A stretch of 64,000 nt of DNA, from contig CM041465.1 of NCBI GenBank assembly GCA_023213395.1, positions 222,091,741 through 222,155,740 on the forward strand, in the 5' to 3' direction. This DNA comes from Cycas panzhihuaensis. Taxonomy: Eukaryota > Plantae > Cycadophyta. Made by a program: the position numbers and the translations under genes. Positions 26,392 to 38,400 of this stretch are shown here, one piece after another. Below the pieces are notes generated by a model. That model was not told the origin of the DNA and ran no database searches. It worked only from the letters and a program-made list of their open reading frames with translations. Numbering within the stretch: position 1 is the first letter of the stretch; the number at the start of each line of letters is the position of its first letter.

Positions 26392-27650
26392 ATGTTGAGT
26401 CATGCTTAGTTGATGTCAGAGTGAGATAGAGGTATTCTAAGGTGATGTAGACTAATCAAGATGATGATGACATACTAGTATGCATCAGATCAGGCCGTAT
26501 TAGTAGACACTATATCCCATTGGGATCATTATTAATAGGTGTTCCATTTACTAACTATTGGGGATGTGACAATTACATCATATGATATTTGGAGGATCCT
26601 TAGGCTTTTGGTGAGGGGACGCCTCTGAAATTGGGCATGTTACCAAGCATAGAGGATGCACACAGAGCAACCAATCAATTCTTCTATGGTAGGGGTTAGC
26701 GGGACTAGATAGGAGAGAGTTCAAGACATATTCTAGGTTCTAAGATTCCTTGATTAAGGAAACTGATCATCTATGCTATTTTGTTTTAGATATCCCAGAG
26801 ACAGAACTATAGAGTGATTTTTAGAGGTTGGATGGATGTGATTTGATGATGTGAGGTAGGGGAGAGATTAGATTGGGCATCCCTCGTGGTGGTTGATGTA
26901 TGGGCTCAGCTAGACCAGATCCAAGTAATAGGGCATGGGGGTTTCTCATATTACACCCTACTCTAGTGTTGGTTTTTCGATCACTTTCATGGAGTAGGGC
27001 TAAGGATAGGGCCACAATTAGTGGAGGATGGGGACTCATTGGTGCATAGATAGTAGATCAGATTTAGGAACCTAGGAGAGCTAAAGTAGGTCCCTCATAT
27101 GGTGCATGTCACATTCGTAGATCTCCTGACACTGGATTACTATATGAGACATCCATATATGGGTGTTTAGTAGATCAACAATGAGGAGAGAGATGAGGAT
27201 GTAGAGGAGAAGCCAACAATGACAAGTGAGGAGGTAGGAGAGGATGGCGGGCCAACTAGAGTTAGTTGTTGTGGCTTCATTTGAGGTATTATTGGGGGTA
27301 AAAGCATAGAATATTGAGCTATGAGCTCAATTAAATGAGGTATAAAGAGAGAGGGATTCACTATAGACTAAATATGATTATCTCATAGAGCAAATGGTAA
27401 CTAAGTCTTGGAGGAGTTACAAAAGGGCATCTAATGCCATGCAACGATGATGGTTAAGGGATAAGAGGAGCAAGGCGGGCCTATCATAGTGACCCAGACA
27501 TAACATAGGGGGGATTACCAGGGTACTAGAGAGGGGGTCCATTGAGGAGGAGACTGACACATCTTAAGGTGGTCATGTAGAGTGTGGAGATCTTGATAGA
27601 GGTATGCTAGACCTCCAGGGATTAGAGATGTATATCATAGAGCCCTTTTG
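26392..27650 (+). pseudogene. Plant Mobile Domain (PMD)-like accessory ORF of X1, antisense to pol, decayed; 3' end approximate
   Basis: Translation from ATG 26392 gives DQAVLVDTISHWDHY**VFHLLTIGDVTITSYDIWRILRLLVRG, matching the PMD core W...THTFHLP.GEMTITL.DV..ILGL.V.G. Further on are GERLDWASLVVVDVWAQL and an acidic tract. Confidence 0.8.
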
Positions 27651-28066
27651 GGTAATTGTATACTTCTGCAAAGATTCCAACTCCCTCATGACATGATGTA
27701 CATATACCCACTTGTACTTTTTATATATAGATAGAGGCGTTGACTTGTTCTTCCTAATTCTTTTCATTTTTATGTACTCTTAAGTGAATGTATGTAGATG
27801 TACAACATCATTTTCATGAGAATGTAGGATTGATTTTTATATATTATTGAATTGATATCACTCTTATGTATGGCATTGTGGCACATACTACACATAAAAC
27901 ATAATCACAACTCTGTTGATGTGCATGTGGCATGATATAATGCATCATGTTACTAATTTATACTTGTGGAAGAGTCTTATGCCCCCATAGGGAATGCCCA
28001 TGGAAGGAGAGGAGAGACTTGCTATAGAGTGTAGAGTGTTATTATGTGCATAAAGGAGGGTCATAC

Positions 28067-31000
28067 TATTAGATAATGTGATAACAATGTTTTGGAGGCT
28101 AAAATTTTAATAGGTTGGCAGCGTAGTTTTCCTCCCAAACTTCATGGGGTATCTATATGGAGCCCTCAATAGGGGGTGTGGGGGGCATGGAATACCCCCC
28201 GTAAAGAAGGGGTTCGAGGATGATAGCCCCTGACTAAAAAAACTAGCACTAAAAAGCATACTATATTGTAAAGAGAATCATGGTCATTCACTCAAAATAC
28301 CCTAGATTCTATGGTTGAGATTTGTGCCTTATATGACTCTATCATATAGCCTAATTTAGAGTGTTTTTTCATTATGTTGATGGTGTTTGATGTATTGGAT
28401 TACTGTGAGGAGTTGGGAAGCTAGTTGTTGTTACTACGAGCATTCTGCTATAGATTGTATACATTTCTCCATTCTTGATAATAAAAATTGATACCTTTCC
28501 TGTGTGAATATTTTCCTAGTACACTGCTAGAGTTTTACCATGTTATATCAGGTGTATATGAGATGCTTGGCTTTCTTATTCATTTTATTGTATTATCTCT
28601 AGTTTAAGAGCTTGCATGTTAAATTTTAGTTTTGATTCCTATAACTAGTTGCAAAATAGTTTAGATCTTGATGGTGGTTTCAGGTTATTGGGACCTTATC
28701 TTCTTAACAAGTGGTATCGAAGCCACTTTTATTTTTGTAGTGAGTTTGTGAAGGTTTTGGTGTTGGATTTTTTCTATACCAAATGGCAAAATTGGTAAAT
28801 ACAAAGTTCGAGGTGGAGAAATTCAATGGCAAGAACAACTTTGAGTTGTGGAAATTGAAACCATATGATGTTCTTGTACAACAAGATTTGTACAGAGCTC
28901 TTGCAGGCAAATCGAAGAAACCCATAGGGATGGACGATGGCGAATGGGATGATCTAGATAAAAGGGCTCTTAGCACAACACGATTGTGCTTGGTAGATGA
29001 AGTTCTATTTAACATCATAGAGGAGCAGACAATAACAGGATTATGGACTCGGTTTGAAGGCTTATATATGACCAAATCAGTGACAAACTGAATCTACTTG
29101 AAGAGGCAACTATACTCATTACGAATGAAAGAAGGTACAAAAATTACTAAATATTTAAATATTTCAATACTCTTATTTGTCAGTTGGCTAGTATCGATGT
29201 CACAATTGAGGATGAGGATAAGGCTATTACCTTGTTATTTTCATTACCAGAATCCTGGGATAATATTATTACCTCAATTAGTTTTAGCACTATAGATAAA
29301 TTAGATTATGATTCTATTTTGAGTGCTTTGCTAATGGAAGAAGTGAGGAGGAAGTCTAGTCTTGAAACCTCTACACCAGAAGCTATGACAGTGAGGGGTA
29401 GAACAATTGAGAGAGGACAAAGCTCTAGGGATACATCGAGGTCAAAGCTAAAAGGGAAGAAGAGTAAGCTCAGATGTTGGCACTGTAATAAGACAGGTTA
29501 CCTAAAAAAGGATTTCTACAAAAGGAAGGAGTTCTAGGAAAAGGAAGATCTTGCCAAGGAGGCTAATTAGGTGGAGTTGAATCAAGGTACGTAGAATGAT
29601 GTCTTGGTTGCTTATAATGATTCAGGTGCTTCACACCACATATGTCCTCACAAGAGTTGGTTCTCATTATACCAACCTTTTAATAGTGGTGATGTGCTTA
29701 TAGGAGATGAATTTTCTTGTAAGACAGTGGGCATTGGTAGCATCAGAATTAAAATATTCGATGATATAGTGAGAACATTAACTAAAGTTAGACATGTACC
29801 TGATCTGAAAAGGAATCTGATTTCCTTGGGTAAACTAGATTCTAGTGGTTATAAGTACGCAAGTCATGAAGGAGCCTTAAAGGTGTTAAAGGGCACATTG
29901 GTTGTTATGAAAGCCTTAAAGAAAGGAAACCTTTATATTTTAGTGGGAAGTATAAATGTTAGCCATGCAGCTACAACATCAAAGACTGCAAAGGATCCAG
30001 CTCAGTTATGGCATCAGAGACTTGGGCACATGAGTGAGAGAGGACTTAAGGTATTAAATAAACCATAATCTACTTCCTACCTTACATTATCTCTAATCCC
30101 TTTATACATTATATTTTTAGAAAGCAGTGTAGACTCAGGTTTAAAGTAGGGAGTCACACTAGTAAAGGTGTTCTGGATTACGTACATTCATATGTCTGGG
30201 GACCATCTCCTATAATATCTTATGGAGGATCATTGTACATTATCACATTTATAGATGATTACTTCAGAAAGGCATGGGTCTATTTTTTGAAAAGGAAATC
30301 TAAAGTTTTCAATGTGTTTAGGCAGTTCAAGGTTCTAGTTGAGAAGAGCATTGGCAAGTCAATCAAATGTTTGAGAACTGACGATGGAGGTGAGTTCAAC
30401 TCCTTGGAGTTTGAGAACTATTACAAAGAAGATGTGATCGAAAGGTATAAGACCACTAGCTATACTCTGCAGTAGAATGGCATAGCTGAATGCATGAACA
30501 TGACACTCTTAGAAAGAGCAAGAAGCATGCTAAGTAATGGAGGAGTGGAGCAGGGCTTATGGGCATAAGCTATTCAAACAACTTGCTATTTGGTAAATAG
30601 GTCACCATCACTTACAATAGATTGCAAGATTCCTAAAGAGGTATGAACTAAACATCCATGTGATTATACAAATTTAAAAGTTTTTGGTTGTGATGCTTAT
30701 GCTTTAACTGATAAAAGTCAACGTTTAAAGTTACACCCAAAATCCAAGAGATATATCTTTGTTAGTTATGGTGATAGAGATGGTGTGAAGATATACAAGT
30801 TGTGGGATCCTATTGCCCACAAAATCACTATTAACATAGATGTTGTATTTGATGAATCTCTCTTACTAAAATTAGACAGTGTAGAAGTTGAATTAAAACA
30901 GGAGCAGAAAGTTGAACATCAATAGGTCAAGCTTGAAACCCAGCCATCTTTGGAAATAGAAGAGTAGGAAGATCTTTCTGAAGATTAATCTATAGCATAT

Positions 31001-33346
31001 TTACAGGAGTATGTAGACACTCCTCCACTAACTATTAGAAGATCTACATGAGTTAGTCATCCACCTGATAGGTACAACCCTTATATTTCTATTTCTTTAG
31101 TTTCTAATGATGGTGAGCCTACATGCTATTAGGAAGTTGTAGATGATATCCATAGTGAGAAATGGAAAAGGGCTATGCAGGAAGAGATAGATGCTTTGAA
31201 GAAAAATAATTCATGGGACTTGGTGGAACTTCCACATGGAAGGAAGTCTATTAGTTGTAGGTGGGTTTTCAAGAAGAAAATAGATGTTGATGGAAAGGTT
31301 GATAAATACACGGCAAGACTGGTAGCTAAAGGCTTTGCACAAAAAGTAGGTATTGATTTTCTTGAGATCTTTTCACCAGTTGTCAAACTTATTTTAATTC
31401 AAGTTCTATTAGCATTTGTAGCTTCTCTTGATTTGGAGTTAGAGCAGTTAGATTTGTAAATAGCTTTTCTACATGGAGATTTAGATGAGGAGATCTATAT
31501 GGATCAGCTAGAAGGGTTTGTACAGGATAGCAGAAAAAGACTTGTTTGTAGGCTTAAGAAATCATTATATGGCCTGAAGTAATCATACAAGTAATGGTAT
31601 AAGAAGTTTGATGCCTTCATAAAGAGGCAAAATTCTAAAAGAAGTGAGTATGATCATTGTGTTTATTTTAAATTCTTAGACAAAGGCTTATTCATTATCT
31701 TGGTATTGTATGTTGATGACATGCTGGTTGCAAGTAAGAGCATGACATGAATCAATAAGTTAAAGGCTCAATTAGCTAGGACTTTTAATATGAAGGAACT
31801 AGGAATAGTAAAACAAATCTTAGGTATGGAGATACATAGAGATAGGAAAAATGGTAAGCTATGGTTATCACAGCAAAAATATATGGAGAAGGTGCTAACC
31901 AAGTTTGGTATGGCAAATGTGAAACTAGTGAGTATCTCATTGGCTTCCCATTTAATACTTTCTTCGAGTATAAGTCCTAGTAATAAAGAAGAAAAGGATT
32001 ATATGTCTCATATGCTTTATGCCAGTGCAATAGGAAGTTTAATGTATGCCATGATATGTACAAGACCTGACATTTCACATGTAGTCGGTGTAGTTAGTAG
32101 GTTTATGGCAAATCTAGGAAAGGAATATTAGGCAGCAGTGAAATGGGTGCTTCAGTATTTGAGAGGCACAAGTGACTATTACATCACCTTTAGAGGTATA
32201 GGTAATTAGGTTTCTGTATATGTTGATTAAAACTTTGTAGGAGATTTAGATAAGAGAAGGTCTACTTCAGGTTATGTATTCACTCTTATAAATGGTCCAG
32301 TTAGTTGGATGTCAAAATTATAGAGCACAATTACATTATCAACTACAGATGCTGAATGTGTTACTACAACATATACTTGTAAAGAAGCAATCTAGTTACA
32401 GGGTCTATTGGTTGAGCTTGGAAGGAAATAGGAAAAGGTAAAGGTATTTTGTGATAGTCAAAGTGCCATTTACTTAGCAAAGAATCTAGCTTATCATAGT
32501 AGGAGGAAGCATATTTCTCTTAAGTACCATTTTATTAGATAGGTTGTGGAAGCAGGCGAGTGGCAATTGAGAAGGTTAACATAAAATAGAATTATGCTGA
32601 TATATTCACAAAACCAGTAGTATTAGAGAATTTCAAATGGTGTTTGACCTCTTTTGGCTTGCACAAAAGGTGGTGAATGGTCCAAGAAAGGTATCAAGTA
32701 ACTTATTGTCAAGGTAGAGATTGTTAAATAATATGACAATAATATTTTGGAGGCTAAAATTTTGATAGGTTAATAATGCGGTTCCCCCCCCAAACCTCTG
32801 CGGGGTGTTACAAGGGGGGTGGGTTGGAACCCCCCTGCAAAGAGGGGGTTCAGGGGCGATAACCCCTAACCCAAAAAGCTAGCACTGAAAAGCATACTAA
32901 ATTGTAAAGAGAATCATGGCCATTCACTCAAAATACCCTAGATTCTATGGTCAAGATTTGTGCCTTGTATGACTCTATCATGTAACTTGATTTAGGGTGT
33001 TTTTTCATTATGTTGATGGTGTTTGATGTATTAGATGTACTGTGAGGAGTTGGGCAGTTGGTTGTTGTTATTGTGAGCATTTTACTACAAATTGTATATA
33101 TTTCTCCATTCTTGATAACAAAGATCGATACCTTTCCTATGTGGATGTTTCCCTAGCACACTACTAGGTTTTTACCACGTTATATCGGGTGTATATGTGA
33201 TGATTAGATTTCTTATTCATTTTATTGTATTATCTCTGGTTTAAGAACTTGCATGTTAAATTTCAGTTTTTATTCCTATAACTAGCTGCAAAATAGTTTA
33301 GATCTTGGTGGTAGTGTCAGGTTATTAGGACCTTGTCTTCTCAATA
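28067..33346 (+). mobile_element. Copia D (Tnt1/Tork-like), decayed
   Basis: LTRs at 28067-28709 and 32722-33346, PBS TGGTATCGAAGCC at 28712, PPT AAGGTAGAGA at 32711. Its own flanks do not match (CATAC vs GTCTA). Confidence 0.92.
28783..32670 (+). pseudogene. Copia D gag-pol pseudogene
   Basis: Contains KFEVEKFNGKNNFELWK, LYSLRMKEG, CWHCNKTGYLKKDF, DSGASHH, WHQRLGHMSE, RLVAKGFAQ and YASAIGSLMYAMICTRPDIS. Confidence 0.93.
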
Positions 33347-36300
33347 GTCTATGTATACATAAATATATAAATAATAAATGCAATATTACAAAACCATCAT
33401 AACACCATCATCATGGATGAAATGAGTTTCCAATGGGTCCCATCTATATACATAATAAATTATATCATATAAAATAATATAGTACATCATCCACAGAAAG
33501 CTAGAATCCTTGTAGGGAGGAGTACAATGATGTGGTAACATATGGTGACTCCTTAGAGGTCTAGTGCTTTCCCAATCAAAACCCATCATACCCTACTCCT
33601 CAACGATCTTGTGCTCAAGGGGTATCATCTCCCGGTCAAAGCAATCCATCTCCAGAAGACCACATGCCTCCTAGGCTCCTCTTGCACTACTGTGAACTCC
33701 CAACCTCACTCCCCTTGTCTCGAGGCCTCCTCAGGGTCACCATCATCGTGTGTATCTGAGTCATACTCTACAACAACCTCACTACTATTTAGTCCACTAG
33801 TTGATTGTATCACATATGGATACAATCCCTCTCTCCCTCTACTCCTCTAAGCCTCTCCTCTAGTATAACTATCCTGATGTGACCCTCTACATCACCACCT
33901 ACTCCTACACCTTGAGCCTCCAATGCTTAGACTTGACCTCATAAGGTATCTCTCTCTGTATGGGTCTCATCTAACTCTCCCTGTAGTTGTCCCACCCTTG
34001 CTTGGTGCTCCTGGGACTCTGCTACTCATATGTCCCTAGCTCTGACCAGTGGGGCAAATATCACTGTGTGTGCCCTTGCTGATCGAGACTCTTCTCCAGC
34101 CTAGATGGGAGGTTGCCCCTCTGCATAGACTTAGGGGAATATCTCTTGGACTACCACCTCTATCAACCTCCCCATCTCTGTTGCCCTTGCCAAGTTAAAC
34201 ATGTCATATGTTAGTCCATATACCTATATATTAAATCCCCAAAACTAAATTAAAGTAAACCATCTAAATACGTGATGGTCAAAAGATAACAGGAACAGGT
34301 AGTGTCTCACCTCCTAGGATAGCCAACTCCTCAACTCAGATGACCACCTCCTCCTCGGGACCTCCCTTGGCTGCTGGTATCTCCTCCTCCTTAGGTACCG
34401 CCTCACTTACTGCCTGGCCTATTGGGGCATCTCCTCCCCCCTCTACCGCTACTGCCACTAGAGCCTGCTAACTACCCTCAACCTTTGCGTTGGTGTGCGG
34501 GGTGGCCTACCTCCTCTTGCAGCTCTTGAAGGACCTGACTCACCTCTTGTTGTCCCTGATGGACCTACCTCATCCCTTATAGTCCTTGACAGACCTATCT
34601 CACCTCTTGATGCTCTTGATGGGCTTGCCTCACTACTTGTTGCTCCCGATGGGCTTGCCCCATCACCTCCATCGCCCCCATCATCTCCTCTAGCATCGTC
34701 TATATCTCCTCAATAACTCCCCTTGAGGAACCTGTCTGGCTACCTAGGTGTCCAGGTTCTGGACCACTCCATCTCCCATATTTCAATCTGTTCACACCTC
34801 CGAAAGCTAGCCATTAATGATGTTAAACTATGGTGACCATCATGTTTGTTTTCTTCACTTTACCTTTTGTACCACTCTTGGTGCATGATCCCCATTGTTT
34901 TGACTCTCATATATATATATAACACCCCATTCATAGTGTCTTTTTGATAATGTTCATGATTATCACTATTATTCATCTTATATTCATGCGAAGGGGGCAT
35001 CCCCCTCATCTATTATGACTACCAGTTGACTCTAGGTTGACGCATAGGCAGCCCCTATACTGCCACTTTCTCATCTCCTTGTCCACACGTCCTATCATGA
35101 TGCTTGCCATCACCCTTAGTTGATAACATTATTATGTTTATTATATATTGTTAATATTTTACTACTGACATTCGCCATCACATTGTGCTTCTGAGTAGCG
35201 AGGATCTGCTACTAAGGGGGCAGTGTTTCCTGGCTATTGGGAATGGATATGGGTAGGTCAACTTGGGTAGGTACAGGTATGCTTCTATCCCTACGCTTGT
35301 CAGTTCTAGAAAAGGTAGATTGAAGCACTTCACCTATATTACATGATGATTGATTTACTGCATAAACACTATGCATCCATTGCTTGACTACATTATATCT
35401 TAGCACCTTTTTAACCTATGATGATCTAGGGATACCTATCCCATGGTGCTCCATAACCCTCCTCCATGTCTCCATAACGTCCCCAAGTACTGTTTGTCTT
35501 TTGTAGCCCAATCACATCACCCATCGGCGCATCATGATCCCTAGCATCCCGCCTAGGCTTGGTTGCCATCCTACATCCACTTGTTGTCCTTTTGGGGAAC
35601 CTTTCACCTTCATTGCTTACTCGTTGTGACCTCTCTAAGTCCCATAACCCCCTTTTTCCACTTGTATACAATACCATATCTCCTTGGGCCTTAGCTTCCC
35701 CCTCATTTGGAGCTTCCAAGCTCCTCTTTCTCTCTTTTTTCTTTGTTTCTGTCGCACTATGTTAAACTTTGCGGTACCACTACAAACTTCATGGTACCGC
35801 TAAGTTTATTGTAGGGTGACTGTCCACAGTTATTTTAAAAATTTTCCATGGCTAATTTTGTATTTATTACAAAATTACCATGTGACAGTGACTTGTTTCT
35901 TGCCCAGGCCAAACCCTAATCACTCAATGAAGCTAGGGTTATGTTTAAAAGCCCAAAACACCCTTATTTCCTATCTCTCTCATGGATTTTTTACCTATCT
36001 CCTCCAAAAACACCCTATAAATAGGATCAAGTTCTACTACACCTAATTCTCAGCTAGCTATCAACCTCCTGCAGCTCTAAACACATGGTTGTAGGCCTGT
36101 AACATGGCCAGATAAGAGAAGATTATGCTCTAAATGCTCCATCAAGTTCCAACTATCTTTCTTGTCCTAGTTTTGTTCCTACTTACTACACCATTGGGGT
36201 TTTCTCTTGCAAACCCCATAAGGTTTGCTTTTCCATCCAATTTCACAGGTAGATCTACCTCATATCCATCTATAATAGGTACCTCTAAGTCAAATCTTTT

Positions 36301-38400
36301 TATTTCCTTTATTTAAGCATCATAAATACTATTTACCAATCCCCTTTTTGCAACAACTTTCTCTTTCTTTCTAGTACAAGCGGGAGGCAAACCCTCCCCT
36401 TTTGGCCTTTCTTCTCTTTCTTTTGGCTCTTTCCTAGTTTCTTCAAGGAGGTAGCAAGGTAGAGGCATCCATAGAGAGTGAAATGAGCCAAAGGTAGGGT
36501 CCTGTACCTAATGTGCCTCCTCCTTAAGGGTAGCCCCCCTTCTCTCCTCATGTCTCCTTCTCCATACCTCTCTTGAGATCCCAAAGGACCATTAGAGAAT
36601 AGATAATTGTTGGTAGTAGTATAGGTAGTGCATTATTACACTTGCAACCAGCACAATAGATCCTACATGAGCGTGGTTTTAGCCCCCACTCTGTATTCCT
36701 TTTGTCCCTTGATTTTGACCCTACAAAACTTGCTAAAAATTGCATGTTGTAACTTTGGTAGCATTTGCAACATTTCTTACCATTTTTGCTTGCATTTTTT
36801 TTCACAAGCTTACTTGCATTTGTTTATCCCTTCATCCTAGTACTTGAGAGTAGCATGGATCACCTTTGATTTGGAGGGTTAGCTATTCTAAGGCTAACCA
36901 CCCCTTTTCTCATTCTCTTTCCCCCTTTTTCTATATTGCATACTAAACAACATACATAGTACAAGGAGTGATATTGATATTGAATACATTTCCTTTAATT
37001 AAGATAGTCGTATCTTGTCACTTTTCGTTTTGTATATTTATCTTGCATATGTTTGGTACCCTTTGGGAGAGGGCAAACCTTGTTGGTTATAGGTTTTCTT
37101 TTGCACTTTTAGGAAAAGGGGAGTTCGTCCCAGGTACATTCCCCTTCTTTCAATAGTTACTTTTCTTTTACTCTCAAAATTATAAAGTGGAGTTGCAATA
37201 GTCTTTACATTTCCTTTCGCTATATTTCTTTTTTCCTTTTTGATTTTGAGGGAAGGTAAGGAAGCCTATTTTCTTCGTCGGCACTCCTTTTATCACGCCA
37301 TCTACAGTTAGGAGAAGGGTGAGGATTGCAAGTGTGGTGAGGGAAGCATTACTTTGGCCACCACATCTCGGGTATGTCTTCCTTTTCCTAGCCTTCTTTT
37401 CCTTACTTGTTTCCCCCTCTTTTGAGTATCCCTTAGGCAAAAGGAAAAGAAAGGATTGGTAGGGTCTCTTGCACTTTGCTTGTTTATTTTTACAAGCTCA
37501 TGTAGTGGAGGTCTAGGCACTTACATGCATTTTCCCTTTCTATTTTGTTGTATGTCACTAAGTTACTTTGCACTCTTTGCATGAGCTTCGTGCCATATGG
37601 CAATCTCTTTGACTCCCCCTTCTTGCATCTAAAAAATAAAGAGAGTGAGGTTGTATGCATAAGTAAACGAGGGAGAGAGATTTGCATTACTTTTTCACTT
37701 GAAAAAATAATTTCTTTTAAACATAAACACACAACATTATCATAAATACTACATTCTCACTTTACATTTCTTTACTATATATGAAACAAAGGCAAATGTA
37801 AAGACAACCCTTCTTGCTGACTCACCACTTCTAAAATCCCCTTTATGTTTAGCCCCTTGAGAACACCTCCTCTCAAGGTTGTTCACTTTATTTTTCTTAT
37901 TTCTCTAGGCTATACCCTCCCTAGTTTAGCTTTTAGGTCAATGCCTAGCTTGTGAAACTAGCCATTATCTTGACCACTCATGTTGCAAGCTTCCTGAGGC
38001 TTACATGTGCATTCTTCCCCTTTTCTTATTAAGGATCATCTCTTTCATAACCCCTTCACACGAGGAGCCATTCACTCTCCTCTTTCCTCCTTCCTTCAGC
38101 TATCCAGGGATGGGAGGGCCCCTTTTGAGGTTACTCGGGAAACTGAGGAGATCCCTTGTCCATTCACTACTCCATATCGATGGAGAGTTACCTCAAAGGA
38201 TTTTATGTACCATTTGCGAGTCCTGAACCTGTGTTCTGATACACAGATACCCTTTGTGGGTGATTTCTTTCACTTGCCATTGTAGGTCCATAGCTAGCAA
38301 ATCGTTAGTCATTTGGCTTGATCTCATTCAAGTCTAGTGACTCCACCCCCATAGGTATGATTATAGTTGCCATCTCCTTTGATCAGTCATATATGGAGGC
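33347..38400. mobile_element. Fragment Y: probable 3' accessory region of another Tat-like Gypsy with a decayed minus-strand ORF
   Basis: Layout mirrors the X 3' region, with GGTACC(A/G)C repeats near 35775-35800 and CTATAAATAG near 36014. It also has coding-like purine-rich blocks on the minus strand. No pol or LTR was identified. Confidence 0.4.
34512..34661 (-). repeat. Five 30-bp tandem repeats encoding E-x-G/S-P-S decapeptides
   Basis: Anchors at 34531, 34561, 34591, 34621 and 34651. The minus frame reads GASPSGATSS EASPSRASRG EIGLSRTIRD EVGPSGTTRG ESGPSRAARG. Confidence 0.85.

Larger units (their letters stand above)
21274..28066 (-). mobile_element. Tat-like Gypsy X1: rest of the 3' LTR (to 22470), PPT and long 3' region with antisense ORF
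   Basis: Colinear with 47825-54380. LTR end AAACA at 22470 is followed by the PPT complement CTACCTCCTT; the same arrangement occurs at 49039-49049. Confidence 0.85.
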
